Assembly (NCBI RefSeq): GCF_964355755.1 | Contig: NC_092677.1 | Span: forward strand, 21,191,175-21,255,174 | Reading direction: 5' to 3' | Source of the DNA: Antedon mediterranea | Lineage: Eukaryota > Animalia > Echinodermata | Length of the DNA: 64,000 bases | Shown here: positions 10,909 through 25,887 of the stretch, one piece after another | Layout of the letters: each line of letters starts with the position of its first letter | Numbering within the stretch: the first letter of the stretch is position 1 | The notes under the pieces: model-generated | What the model was told of the DNA's origin: nothing | Databases searched by the model: none | What the model saw: only the letters and a program-made list of their open reading frames with translations | Made by a program: the position numbers and the translations under genes

Positions 10909-13900
10909 GTTTTAGACCTTTTTGAACATTTCGAGAAAACTTTTTCACACAAAACTTCAAAGTGTACAGAATAGCTTCAAATCGCATTAGAAACCGTTTT
11001 AGACCATTTTGAGCATTTCGAAAAAACTTTTTCACACAAAACATCAAAGTTTACAAAATAGCTTCAAATCACATTTGGAGACGTTTTAGACCATTTTGTG
11101 ATTTTCAAAAAAACTTGTTAACATAAAAACACCAAAGTGCTCAGAATACCTTCAAATCGCATTTTGAGACGTTTTAGACCATTTTGTGATTTTCGGAAAA
11201 ACTTGTTAACATAAAAACACCAAAGTGCTCAGAATACCTTCAAATCGTATTTTGAGACGTTTTAGACAATTTTGTGATTTTCGAAAAAACTTGTTAACAT
11301 AAAAACACCAAAGTGCTTAGAAAAGCTTCAAATCGCATTTGAAGACGTTTTAGACCATTTTGTGCATTTCGATGAAACTTGGTTACACAAAAACATCAAA
11401 GTGTACAGAATAGCTTCAAATCGCATTAGAAACCGTTTTAGACCATTTTGAGCATTTCGAAAAAACTTTTTCACACAAAACATCAAAGTGTACAAAATAG
11501 CTTCAAATCGCATTTGGAGACGTTTTAGACAATTTTGTGATTTTCGAAAAAACTTGTTTACATAAAAACACCAAAGTGCTCAGAATAGCTTCCAATCGCA
11601 TTTGGAGACGTTTTAGACCCTTTTGTGCATTTCGATGAAACTTGGTTACACAAAAACATCAAAGTGCTTAAAATCACATTAGAAACCGTTTTAGAACATT
11701 TTGAGCATTTCGTTAAAATTTTTCACACAAAACAACAAAGTGTACAGAATAGCTTCAAATCGCATTTGGAGACGTTTTAACCCATTTTGAGCATTTCGAT
11801 AAAATTTTACACACAAAACAACAAAGTGTACAGAATAGCTTCAAATCGCATTTGGAGACGTTTTAACCCATTTTGAGCATTTCGATAAAATTTTACACAC
11901 AAAAACATCAAAGTGCACAAAATAGCTTAATATGGTATTTAAAAACGTTTTAGACCATTTTGAGCATTTCAACAAAACTTTTTCTCACAAAACATCAAAG
12001 TGTACAGAATAGCTTCAAATCGCATTTGGAGACGTTTTAGACCATTTTGTGCATTTCGATGAAACTTGGTTACACAAAAACATCAAAGTGCTTAAAATCA
12101 CATTTTGAGCATTTCGTTAAAACTTTTCACACAAAAACATCAAAGTCCACAAAAAAGCTTAATATCGTATTTAAAAACGTTTTAGACCATTTTGAGCATT
12201 TCGAAAAAACTTTTCCACACAAAACATCAAAGTTTACAAAATAGCTTCAAATCGCATTTGGAGACGTTTTAGACCATTTTGTGATTTTCGAAAAAACTTG
12301 ATAACATAAAAACACCAAAGTGCTCAGAATACCTTCAAATCGCATTTGGAGACGTTTTAGACCTTTTTGTGCATTTCGATGAAACTTGGTTACACAAAAA
12401 CATCAAAGTGCTTAAAATCACATTAGAAACCGTTTTAGACCATTTTGAGCATTTCGTTAAAATTTTTCACAGAAAAACATCAAAGAGCAAAAAATAGCTT
12501 AATATCGTATTTAAAAACGTTTTAGACCATTTTGAGCATTTCGACAAAACTTTTTCACACAAAACATCAAAGTGTACAGAATAGCTTCAAATCGCATTTG
12601 GAGACGTTTTAACCCATTTTGAGCATTTCGATAAAATTTTACACACAAAAACATCAAAGTGCACAAAATAGCTTAATATGGTATTTAAAAACGTTTTAGA
12701 CCAATTTGAGCATTTCAACAAAACTTTTTCTCACAAAACATCAAAGTGTACAGAATAGCTTCAAATCGCATTTGGAGACGTTTTAGACCATTTTGTGCAT
12801 TTCGATGAAACTTGGTTACACAAAAACATCAAAGTGCTTAAAATCACATTTTGAGCATTTCGTTAAAACTTTTCACACAAAAACATCAAAGTCCACAAAA
12901 TAGCTTAATATCGTATTTAAAAACGTTTTAGACCATTTTGAGCATTTCGAAAAAACTTTTCCACACAAAACATCAAAGTTTACAAAATAGCTTCAAATCG
13001 CATTTGGAGACGTTTTAGACCATTTTGTGATTTTCGAAAAAACTTGTTAACATAAAAACACCAAAGTGCTCAGAATACCTTCAAATCGTGTTTTGAGACG
13101 TTTTAGACCATTTTGTAATTTTCGAAAAAACTTGTTAACATAAAAACACCAAAGTGCTCAGAATACCTTCACATCGCATTTTGAGACGTTTTAGACCATT
13201 TTGTGATTTTCGAAAAAACTTGTTAACATAAAAACACCAAAGTGCTTAGAAAAGCTTGAAATCGCATTTGGAGACGTTTTAGACCATTTTGTGCATTTCG
13301 ATGAAACTTGGTTAAAGTGCTTAAAATCACATTTTGAGCATTTCGTTAAAACTTTTCACACAAAAACATCAAAGAGTAAAAAATAGCTTAATATCGTATT
13401 TAAAAACGTTTTAGACCATTTTGAGCATTTCGACAAAATTTTTTCACACAAAACATCAAAGTGTACAGAATAGCTTTAAATCGCATTTGGAGACGTTTTA
13501 GACCATTTTGTTCATTTCGATGAAACAAAAACACAAAAAAATCAAATTGCACAAAATGGCTTAATATGATATGGGAAAACGTTTTAGACCATTTTGAACA
13601 TTTCGTTAAAAGTTTTCACAAAAAAACATCAAAGTCCACAAAATAGCTTAATATCGTATTTAAAAACGTTTTAGACCATTTTGAGCATTTCGAAAAAACT
13701 TTTTCACACAAAACATCCAAGTTTACAAAATAGCTTCAAATCGCATTTGGAGACGTTTTAGACCATTTTGTGATTTTCGAAAAAACTTGTTAACATAAAA
13801 ACACCAAAGTGCTCAGAATACCTTAAAATCGCATTTTGAGACGTTTTAGACCATTTTGTGATTTTCGAAAAAACTTGTTAACATAAAAACACCAAAGTGC

Positions 13901-15539
13901 TCAGAATACCTTCAAATCGTGTTTTGAGACGTTTTAGACCATTTTGTGATTTTGGAAAAACTTGTTAACATAAAAACACCAAAGTGCTCAGAATACCTTC
14001 AAATCGCATTTGGAGACGTTTTAGACCATTTTGTGATTTTCGAAAAAACTTGTTAACATAAAAACACCAAAGTGCTCATAAAAGCTTCAAATCGCAATTG
14101 GAGACGTTTTAAACCATTTTGTTCATTTCGATGAAACTTGGTTACACAAAAACATCAAATTGCACAAAATGGCTTAATATGGTATGGGAAAACGTTTTAG
14201 ACCATTTTGAACATTTCGAGAAAACTTTTTCACACAAAACTTCAAAGTGTACAGAATAGCTTCAAATCGCATTAGAAACCGTTTTAGACCATTTTGAGCA
14301 TTTCGAAAAAACTTTTTTACACAAAACATCAAAGTTTACAAAATAGCTTCAAATCGCATTTGGAGACGTTTTAGACCATTTTGTGATTTTCGAAAAAACT
14401 TGTTAACATAAAAACACCAAAGTGCTCAGAATACCTTCAAATCGCATTTTGAGACGTTTTAGACCATTTTGTGATTTTCGAAAAAACTTGTTAACATAAA
14501 AATACCAAAGTGCTCAGAATACCTTCAAATCATGTTTTGAGACGTTTTAGACCATTTTGTGATTTTCGAAAAAACTTGTTAACATAAAAACACCAAAGTG
14601 CTCAGAATACCTTCAAATCGCATTTGGAGACGTTTTAGACCATTTTGTGATTTTCGAAAAAACTTGTTAACATAAAAACACCAAAGTGCTCAGAAAAGCT
14701 TCAAATCGCATTTGGAGACGTTTTAAACCATTTTGTTCATTTCGATGAAACTTGGTTACACAAAAATATCAAAGAGCACAAAAGTATTTAAAAACGTTTT
14801 AGACCATTTTGAGCATTCCGACAAAACTTTTTCACACAAAACATCAAAGTGTATAGAATAGCTTTAAATCGCATTTGGAGACGTTTTAGACCATTTTGTA
14901 GTTTTCGAAAAAACTTGTTAACATAAAAACACAAAAGAGCTTCAAATCGCATTTGGAGACGTTTTAGACCCTTTTGTGCATTTCGATGAAACTTGGTTAC
15001 ACAAAAACATCAAAGTGCTTAAAATCACATTAGAAACCGTTTTAGACCATTTTGAGCATTTCGTTAAAACTTTTCACACAAAAACATCAAAGTCCACAAA
15101 ATAGCTTAATATCGTATTCAAAAACGTTTTAGACCATTTTGAGCATTTCGAAAAAACTTTTTCACACAAAACATCAAAGTTTACAAAATAGCTTCAAATC
15201 GCATTTGGAGACGTTTTAGACCATTTTGTGATTTTCGAAAAAACTTGTTAACATAAAAACACCAAAGTGCTCAGAATACCTTCAAATCGCATTTTGAGAC
15301 GTTTTAGACAATTTTGTGATTTTCGAAAAAACAACATAAAAACACCAAAGTGCTCAGAATACCTTCAAATCGCATTTGGAGACGTTTTAGACCATTTTGT
15401 GATTTTGGAAAAAACTTGTTAACATAAAAACACCAAAGTGCTCAGAATACCTTCAAATCGTATTTTGAGACGTTTTAGACAATTTTGTGATTTTCGAAAA
15501 AACTTGTTAACATAAAAACACCAAAGTGCTTAGAATAGC

Positions 15540-18500
15540 TTCAAATCGCATTTGGAGACGTTTTAGACCATTTTGTGATTTTCGAAAAAACTTGTTAACA
15601 TAAAAACACCAAAGTGCTCAGAATACCTTCAAATCGCATTTTGAGACGTTTTAGACCATTTTGTGATTTTCGAAAAAACTTGTTAACATAAAAATACCAA
15701 AGTGCTCAGAATACCTTCAAATCGCATTTGGAGACGTTTTAGACCATTTTGCAGTTTTCGAAAAAACTTGTTAACATAAAAACACAAAAGAGCTTCAAAT
15801 CGCATTTGGAGACGTTTTAGACCCTTTTGTGCATTTCGATGAAACTTGGTTACACAAAAACATCAAAGTGCTTAAAATCACATTAGAAACCGTTTTAGAC
15901 CATTTTGAGCATTTCGTTAAAATTTTTCACAGAAAAACATCAAAGAGCAAAAAATAGCTTAATATCTTATTTAAAAACGTTTTAGACCATTTTGAGCATT
16001 TCGACAAAACTTTTTCACACAAAATATCAAAGTGTACAGAATAGCTTCAAATCGCATTTGGAGACGTTTTAACCCATTTTGAGCATTTCGATAAAATTTT
16101 ACACACAAAAACATCAAAGTGCACAAAATAGCTTAATATGGTATTTAAAAACGTTTTAGACCATTTTGAGCATTTCAACAAAACTTTTTCTCACAAAACA
16201 TCAAAGTGTACAGAATAGCTTCAAATCGCATTTGGAGACGTTTTAGACCATTTTGTGCATTTCGATGAAACTTGGTTACACAAAAACATCAAAGTGCTTA
16301 AAATCACATTTTGAGCATTTCGTTAAAACTTTTCACACAAAAACATCAAAGTCCACAAAATAGCTTAATATCGTATTTAAAAACGTTTTAGACCATTTTG
16401 AGCATTTTCGAAAAAACTTGTTAACATAAAAACACCAAAGTGCTCAGAATACCTTCAAATCGTGTTTTGAGACGTTTTAGACCATTTTGTAATTTTCGAA
16501 AAAACTTGTTAACATAAAAACACCAAAGTGCTCAGAATACCTTCACATCGCATTTTGAGACGTTTTAGACCATTTTGTGATTTTCGAAAAAACTTGTTAA
16601 CATAAAAACACCAAAGTGCTTAGAAAAGCTTGAAATCGCATTTGGAGACGTTTTAGACCATTTTGTGCATTTCGATGAAACTTGGTTAAAGTGCTTAAAA
16701 TCACATTTTGAGCATTTCGTTAAAACTTTTCACACAAAAACATCAAAGAGTAAAAAATAGCTTAATATCGTATTTAAAAACGTTTTAGACCATTTTGAGC
16801 ATTTCGACAAAATTTTTTCACACAAAACATCAAAGTGTACAGAATAGCTTTAAATCGCATTTGGAGACGTTTTAGACCATTTTGTTCATTTCGATGAAAC
16901 AAAAACACAAAAACATCAAATTGCACAAAATGGCTTAATATGATATGGGAAAACGTTTTAGACCATTTTGAACATTTCGTTAAAAGTTTTCACAAAAAAA
17001 CATCAAAGTCCACAAAATAGCTTAATATCGTATTTAAAAACGTTTTAGACCATTTTGAGCATTTCGAAAAAACTTTTTCACAGAAAACATCAAAGTTTAC
17101 AAAATAGCTTCAAATCGCATTTGGAGACGTTTTAGACCATTTTGTGATTTTCGAAAAAACTTGTTAACATAAAAACACCAAAGTGCTTAGAAAAGCTTGA
17201 AATCGCATTTGGAGACGTTTTAGACCATTTTGTGCATTTCGAAAAAACTTTTTAACACACAAAACATCAAAGTTTACAAAATAGCTTCAAATCGCATTTG
17301 GAGACGTTTTAGACCATTTTGTGATTTTCGAAAAAACTTGTTAACATAAAAACACCAAAGTGCTCAGAATACCTTCAAATCGCATTTTGAGACGTTTTAG
17401 ACCATTTTGTGATTTTCGAAAAAACTTGTTAACATAAAAACACCAAAGTGCTCAGAATACCTTCAAATCGTGTTTTGAGACGTTTTAGACCATTTTGTGA
17501 TTTTGGAAAAACTTGTTAACATAAAAACACCAAAGTGCTCAGAATACCTTCAAATCGCATTTGGAGACGTTTTAGACCCTTTTGTGATTTTCGAAAAAAC
17601 TTGTTAACATAAAAACACCAAAGTGCTCAGAAAAGCTTCAAATCGCAATTGGAGACGTTTTAAACCATTTTGTTCCTTTCGATGAAACTTGGTTACACAA
17701 AAACATCAAATTGCACAAAATGGCTTAATATGGTATGGGAAAACGTTTTAGACCATTTTGAACATTTCGAGAAAACTTTTTCACACAAAACTTCAAAGTG
17801 TACAGAATAGCTTCAAATCGCATTAGAAACCGTTTTAGACCATTTTGAGCATTTCGAAAAAACTTTTTCACACAAAACATCAAAGTTTACAAAATAGCTT
17901 CAAATCGCATTTGGAGACGTTTTAGACCATTTTGTGATTTTCGAAAAAACTTGTTAACATAAAAACACCAAAGTGCTCAGAATACCTTCAAATCGCATTT
18001 TGAGACGTTTTAGACCATTTTGTGATTTTTGAAAAAACTTGTTAACATAAAAATACCAAAGTGCTCAGAATACCTTCAAATCGCATTTGGAGACGTTTTA
18101 GACCATTTTGCAGTTTTCGAAAAAACTTGTTAACATAAAAACACAAAAGAGCTTCAAATCGCATTTGGAGACGTTTTAGACCCTTTTGTGCATTTCGATG
18201 AAACTTGGTTACACAAAAACATCAAAGTGCTTAAAATCACATTAGAAACCGTTTTAGACCATTTTGAGCATTTCGTTAAAATTTTTCACAGAAAAACATC
18301 AAAGAGCAAAAAATAGCTTAATATCTTATTTAAAAACGTTTTAGACCATTTTGAGCATTTCGACAAAACTTTTTCACACAAAATATCAAAGTGTACAGAA
18401 TAGCTTCAAATCGCATTTGGAGACGTTTTAACCCATTTTGAGCATTTCGATAAAATTTTACACACAAAAACATCAAAGTGCACAAAATAGCTTAATATGG

Positions 18501-18760
18501 TATTTAAAAACGTTTTAGACCATTTTGAGCATTTCAACAAAACTTTTTCTCACAAAACATCAAAGTGTACAGAATAGCTTCAAATCGCATTTGGAGACGT
18601 TTTAGACCATTTTGTGCATTTCGATGAAACTTGGTTACACAAAAACATCAAAGTGCTTAAAATCACATTTTGAGCATTTCGTTAAAACTTTTCACACAAA
18701 AACATCAAAGTCCACAAAATAGCTTAATATCGTATTTAAAAACGTTTTAGACCATTTTGA
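15540..18760 (+). repeat. Dispersed duplication of ~0.85 kb (offset 2359)
   Basis: GCAGTTTTCG 15751/18110, AATATCTTAT 15961/18320, AAAATATCAA 16021/18380. A related third copy lies at ~26710-27400. Confidence 0.8.
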
Positions 18761-21700
18761 GCATTTCGAAAAAACTTTTCCACAAAAAACATCAAAGTTT
18801 ACAAAATAGCTTCAAATTGCATTTGGAGACGTTTTAGACCATTTTGTGATTTTCGAAAAAACTTGTTAACATAAAAACACCAAAGTGCTCAGAATACCTT
18901 CAAATCGCATTTGGAGACGTTTTAGACCCTTTTGTGCATTTCGATGAAACTTGGTTACACAAAAACATCAAAGTGCTTAAAATCACATTAGAAACCGTTT
19001 TAGACCATTTTGAGCATTTCGTTAAAATTTTTCACAGAAAAACATCAAAGAGCAAAAAATATCTTAATCTCGTATTTAAAAACGTTTTAGACCATTTTGA
19101 GCATTTCGACAAAACTTTTTCACACAAAACATCAAAGTGTACAAAATAGCTTCAAATCGCATTTGGAGACGTTTTAACCCATTTTGAGCATTTCGATAAA
19201 ATTTTACACACAAAAACATCAAAGTGCACAAAATAGCTTAATATGGTATTTAAAAACGTTTTAGACCATTTTGAGCATTTCAACAAAACTTTTTCTCACA
19301 AAACATCAAAGTGTACAGAATAGCTTCAAATCGCATTTGGAGACGTTTTAGACCATTTTGTGATTTTCGAAAAAACTTAACATAAAAACACCAAAGTGCT
19401 CAGAATACCTTCAAATCGCATTTGGAGACGTTTTAGACCATTTTGTGATTTTCGAAAAAACTTGTTAACATAAAAACACCAAAGTGCTCAGAATACCTTC
19501 AAATCGTATTTTGAGACGTTTTAGACAATTTTGTGATTTTCGAAAAAACTTGTTAACATAAAAACACCAAAGTGCTTAGAAAAGCTTGAAATCGCATTTG
19601 GAGACGTTTTAGACCATTTTGTGCATTTCGATGAAACTTGGTTACACAAAAACATCAAAGTGCTTAAAATCACATTTTGAGCATTTCGTTAAAACTTTTC
19701 ACACAAAAACATCAAAGTCCACAAAATAGCTTAATATCGTATTTAAAAACGTTTTAGACCATTTTGAGCATTTCGAAAAAACTTTTCCACACAAAACATC
19801 AAAGTTTACAAAATAGTTTTAAATCGCATTTGGAGACGTTTTAGACCATTTTGTTCATTTCGATGAAACAAAAACACAAAAACATCAAATTGCACAAAAT
19901 GGCTTAATATGATATGGGAAAACGTTTTAGACCATTTTGAACATTTCGTTAAAAGTTTTCACAAAAAAACATCAAAGTCCACAAAACAGCTTAATATCGT
20001 ATTTAAAAACGTTTTAGACCATTTTGAGCATTTCGAAAAAACTTTTTCACACAAAACATCAAAGTTTACAAAATAGCTTCAAATCGCATTTGGAGACGTT
20101 TGAGACCATTTTGTGATTTTCGAAAAAACTTGTTAACATAAAAACACCAAAGTGCTCAGAATACCTTCAAATCGCATTTGGAGACGTTTTAGACCATTTT
20201 GTGATTTTCGAAAAAACTTGTTAACATAAAAACACCAAAGTGCTCAGAATACCTTCAAATCGTGTTTTGAGACGTTTTAGACCATTTTGTGATTTTGGAA
20301 AAACTTGTTAACATAAAAACACCAAAGTGCTCAGAATACCTTCAAATCGCATTTGGAGACGTTTTAGACCATTTTGTGATTTTCGAAAAAACTTGTTAAC
20401 ATAAAAACACCAAAGTGCTCAGAAAAGCTTCAAATCGCAATTGGAGACGTTTTAAACCATTTTGTTCATTTCGATGAAACTTGGTTACACAAAAACATCA
20501 AATTGCACAAAATGGCTTAATATGGTATGGGAAAACGTTTTAGACCATTTTGAACATTTCGAGAAAACTTTTTCACACAAAACTTCAAAGTGTACAGAAT
20601 AGCTTCAAATCGCATTAGAAACCGTTTTAGACCATTTTGAGCATTTCGAAAAAACTTTTTCACACAAGACATCAAAGTTTACAAAATAGCTTCAAATCGC
20701 ATTTGGAGACGTTTTAGACCATTTTGTGATTTTCGAAAAAACTTGTTAACATAAAAAATCCAAAGTGCTCAGAATACCTTCAAATCGCATTTTGAGACGT
20801 TTTAGACCATTTTGTGATTTTCGAAAAAACTTGTTAACATAAAAATACCAAAGTGCTCAGAATACCTTCAAATCGTGTTTTGAGACGTTTTAGACCATTT
20901 TGTGATTTTCGAAAAAACTTAACATAAAAACACCAAAGTGCTCAGAATACCTTCAAATCGCATTTGGAGACGTTTTAGACCATTTTGTGATTTTCGAAAA
21001 AAATTGTTAACATAAAAACACCAAAGTGCTCAGAAAAGCTTCAAATCGCATTTGGAGACGTTTTAAACCATTTTGTTCATTTCGATGAAACTTGGTTACA
21101 CAAAAAGAGCACAAAAGTATTTAAAAACGTTTTAGACCATTTTGAGCATTCCGACAAAACTTTTTCACACAAAACATCAAAGTGTACAGAATAGCTTTAA
21201 ATCGCATTTGGAGACGTTTTAGACCATTTTGTAGTTTTCGAAAAAACTTGGTTACACAAAAACATCAAAGTGCTTAAAATCACATTAGAAACCGTTTAGA
21301 CCATTTTGAGCATTTCGTTAAAACTTTTCACACAAAAACATCAAAGTCCACAAAATAGCTTAATATCGTATTCAAAAACGTTTTAGACCATTTTGAGCAT
21401 TTCGAAAAAACTTTTTCACACAAAACATCAAAGTTTACAAAATAGCTTCAAATCGCATTTGGAGACGTTTTAGACCATTTTGTGATTTTCGAAAAAAACT
21501 TGTTAACATAAAAACCCCAAAGTGCTCAGAATACCTTCCAATCGCATTTTGAGACGTTTTAGACCATTTTGTGATTTTCGAAAAAACAACATAAAAACAC
21601 CAAAATGCTCAGAATACCTTCAAATCGCATTTGGAGACGTTTTAGACCATTTTGTGATTTTGGAAAAAACTTGTTAACATAAAAACACCAAAGTGCTTAG

Positions 21701-24700
21701 AAAAGCTTCAAATCGCATTTGGAGACGTTTTAGACCCTTTTGTGCATTTCGATGAAACTTGGTTACACAAAAACATCAAAGTGCTTAAAATCACAGTAGA
21801 AACCGTTTTAGACCATTTTGAGCATTTCGTTAAAATTTTTCACAGAAAAACATCAAAGAGCAAAAAATAGCTTAATATCGTATTTAAAAACGTTTTAGAC
21901 CATTTTGAGCATTTCGACAAAACTTTTTCACACAAAACATCAAAGTGTACAGATAAGCTTCAAATCGCATTTGGAGACGTTTTAAACCATTTTGAGCATT
22001 TCGATAAAATTTTACACACAAAAACATCAAAGTGCACAAAATAGCTTAATATGGTATTTAAAAACGTTTTAGACCATTTTGAGCATTTCAACAAAACTTT
22101 TTCTCACAAAACATCAAAGTGTACAGAATAGCTTCAAATCGCATTTGGAGACGTTTTAGACCATTTTGTGCATTTCGATGAAACTTGGTTACACAAAAAC
22201 ATCAAAGTGCTTAAAATCACATTTTGAGCATTTCGTTAAAACTTTTCACACAAAAACATCAAAGTCCACAAAATAGCTTAATATCTTATTTAAAAACGTT
22301 TTAGACCATTTTGAGCATTTCGAAAAAACTTTTCCACAAAAAACATCAAAGTTTACAAAATAGCTTCAAATTGCATTTGGAGACGTTTTAGACCATTTTG
22401 TGATTTTCGAAAAAACTTGTTAACATAAAAACACCAAAGTGCTCAGAATACCTTCAAATCGCATTTGGAGACGTTTTAGACCCTTTTGTGCATTTCGATG
22501 AAACTTGGTTACACAAAAACATCAAAGTGCTTAAAATCACATTAGAAACCGTTTTAGACCATTTTGAGCATTTCGTTAAAATTTTTCACAGAAAAACATC
22601 AAAGAGCAAAAAATATCTTAATCTCGTATTTAAAAACGTTTTAGACCATTTTGAGCATTTCGACAAAACTTTTTCACACAAAACATCAAAGTGTACAAAA
22701 TAGCTTCAAATCGCATTTGGAGACGTTTTAACCCATTTTGAGCATTTCGATAAAATTTTACACACAAAAACATCAAAGTGCACAAAATAGCTTAATATGG
22801 TATTTAAAAACGTTTTAGACCATTTTGAGCATTTCAACAAAACTTTTTCTCACAAAACATCAAAGTGTACAGAATAGCTTCAAATCGCATTTGGAGACGT
22901 TTTAGACCATTTTGTGATTTTCGAAAAAACTTAACATAAAAACACCAAAGTGCTCAGAATACCTTCAAATCGCATTTGGAGACGTTTTAGACCATTTTGT
23001 GATTTTCGAAAAAACTTGTTAACATAAAAACACCAAAGTGCTCAGAATACCTTCAAATCGTATTTTGAGACGTTTTAGACAATTTTGTGATTTTCGAAAA
23101 AACTTGTTAACATAAAAACACCAAAGTGCTTAGAAAAGCTTGAAATCGCATTTGGAGACGTTTTAGACCATTTTGTGCATTTCGATGAAACTTGGTTACA
23201 CAAAAACATCAAAGTGCTTAAAATCACATTTTGAGCATTTCGTTAAAACTTTTCACACAAAAACATCAAAGTCCACAAAATAGCTTAATATCGTATTTAA
23301 AAACGTTTTAGACCATTTTGAGCATTTCGAAAAAACTTTTCCACACAAAACATCAAAGTTTACAAAATAGTTTTAAATCGCATTTGGAGACGTTTTAGAC
23401 CATTTTGTTCATTTCGATGAAACAAAAACACAAAAACATCAAATTGCACAAAATGGCTTAATATGATATGGGAAAACGTTTTAGACCATTTTGAACATTT
23501 CGTTAAAAGTTTTCACAAAAAAACATCAAAGTCCACAAAACAGCTTAATATCGTATTTAAAAACGTTTTAGACCATTTTGAGCATTTCGAAAAAACTTTT
23601 TCACACAAAACATCAAAGTTTACAAAATAGCTTCAAATCGCATTTGGAGACGTTTGAGACCATTTTGTGATTTTCGAAAAAACTTGTTAACATAAAAACA
23701 CCAAAGTGCTCAGAATACCTTCAAATCGCATTTGGAGACGTTTTAGACCATTTTGTGATTTTCGAAAAAACTTGTTAACATAAAAACACCAAAGTGCTCA
23801 GAATACCTTCAAATCGTGTTTTGAGACGTTTTAGACCATTTTGTGATTTTGGAAAAACTTGTTAACATAAAAACACCAAAGTGCTCAGAATACCTTCAAA
23901 TCGCATTTGGAGACGTTTTAGACCATTTTGTGATTTTCGAAAAAACTTGTTAACATAAAAACACCAAAGTGCTCAGAAAAGCTTCAAATCGCAATTGGAG
24001 ACGTTTTAAACCATTTTGTTCATTTCGATGAAACTTGGTTACACAAAAACATCAAATTGCACAAAATGGCTTAATATGGTATGGGAAAACGTTTTAGACC
24101 ATTTTGAACATTTCGAGAAAACTTTTTCACACAAAACTTCAAAGTGTACAGAATAGCTTCAAATCGCATTAGAAACCGTTTTAGACCATTTTGAGCATTT
24201 CGAAAAAACTTTTTCACACAAGACATCAAAGTTTACAAAATAGCTTCAAATCGCATTTGGAGACGTTTTAGACCATTTTGTGATTTTCGAAAAAACTTGT
24301 TAACATAAAAAATCCAAAGTGCTCAGAATACCTTCAAATCGCATTTTGAGACGTTTTAGACCATTTTGTGATTTTCGAAAAAACTTGTTAACATAAAAAT
24401 ACCAAAGTGCTCAGAATACCTTCAAATCGTGTTTTGAGACGTTTTAGACCATTTTGTGATTTTCGAAAAAACTTAACATAAAAACACCAAAGTGCTCAGA
24501 ATACCTTCAAATCGCATTTGGAGACGTTTTAGACCATTTTGTGATTTTCGAAAAAAATTGTTAACATAAAAACACCAAAGTGCTCAGAAAAGCTTCAAAT
24601 CGCATTTGGAGACGTTTTAAACCATTTTGTTCATTTCGATGAAACTTGGTTACACAAAAAGAGCACAAAAGTATTTAAAAACGTTTTAGACCATTTTGAG

Positions 24701-25887
24701 CATTCCGACAAAACTTTTTCACACAAAACATCAAAGTGTACAGAATAGCTTTAAATCGCATTTGGAGACGTTTTAGACCATTTTGTAGTTTTCGAAAAAA
24801 CTTGGTTACACAAAAACATCAAAGTGCTTAAAATCACATTAGAAACCGTTTAGACCATTTTGAGCATTTCGTTAAAACTTTTCACACAAAAACATCAAAG
24901 TCCACAAAATAGCTTAATATCGTATTCAAAAACGTTTTAGACCATTTTGAGCATTTCGAAAAAACTTTTTCACACAAAACATCAAAGTTTACAAAATAGC
25001 TTCAAATCGCATTTGGAGACGTTTTAGACCATTTTGTGATTTTCGAAAAAAACTTGTTAACATAAAAACCCCAAAGTGCTCAGAATACCTTCCAATCGCA
25101 TTTTGAGACGTTTTAGACCATTTTGTGATTTTCGAAAAAACAACATAAAAACACCAAAATGCTCAGAATACCTTCAAATCGCATTTGGAGACGTTTTAGA
25201 CCATTTTGTGATTTTGGAAAAAACTTGTTAACATAAAAACACCAAAGTGCTTAGAAAAGCTTCAAATCGCATTTGGAGACGTTTTAGACCCTTTTGTGCA
25301 TTTCGATGAAACTTGGTTACACAAAAACATCAAAGTGCTTAAAATCACAGTAGAAACCGTTTTAGACCATTTTGAGCATTTCGTTAAAATTTTTCACAGA
25401 AAAACATCAAAGAGCAAAAAATAGCTTAATATCGTATTTAAAAACGTTTTAGACCATTTTGAGCATTTCGACAAAACTTTTTCACACAAAACATCAAAGT
25501 GTACAGATAAGCTTCAAATCGCATTTGGAGACGTTTTAAACCATTTTGAGCATTTCGATAAAATTTTACACACAAAAACATCAAAGTGCACAAAATAGCT
25601 TAATATGGTATTTAAAAACGTTTTAGACCATTTTGAGCATTTCAACAAAACTTTTTCTCACAAAACATCAAAGTGTACAGAATAGCTTCAAATCGCATTT
25701 GGAGACGTTTTAGACCATTTTGTGCATTTCGATGAAACTTGGTTACACAAAAACATCAAAGTGCTTAAAATCACATTTTGAGCATTTCGTTAAAACTTTT
25801 CACACAAAAACATCAAAGTCCACAAAATAGCTTAATATCTTATTTAAAAACGTTTTAGACCATTTTGAGCATTTCGAAAAAACTTTT
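18733..25887 (+). repeat. Very recent tandem duplication, unit 3554 bp
   Basis: Private variants at exact offset 3554: AAATTGC 18818/22372, GTTTGAGAC 20102/23656, ACCGTTTAGA ~21291/~24845, AAACCCCAA ~21512/~25066. Identical ORFs at 18934 and 22488. Confidence 0.93.
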
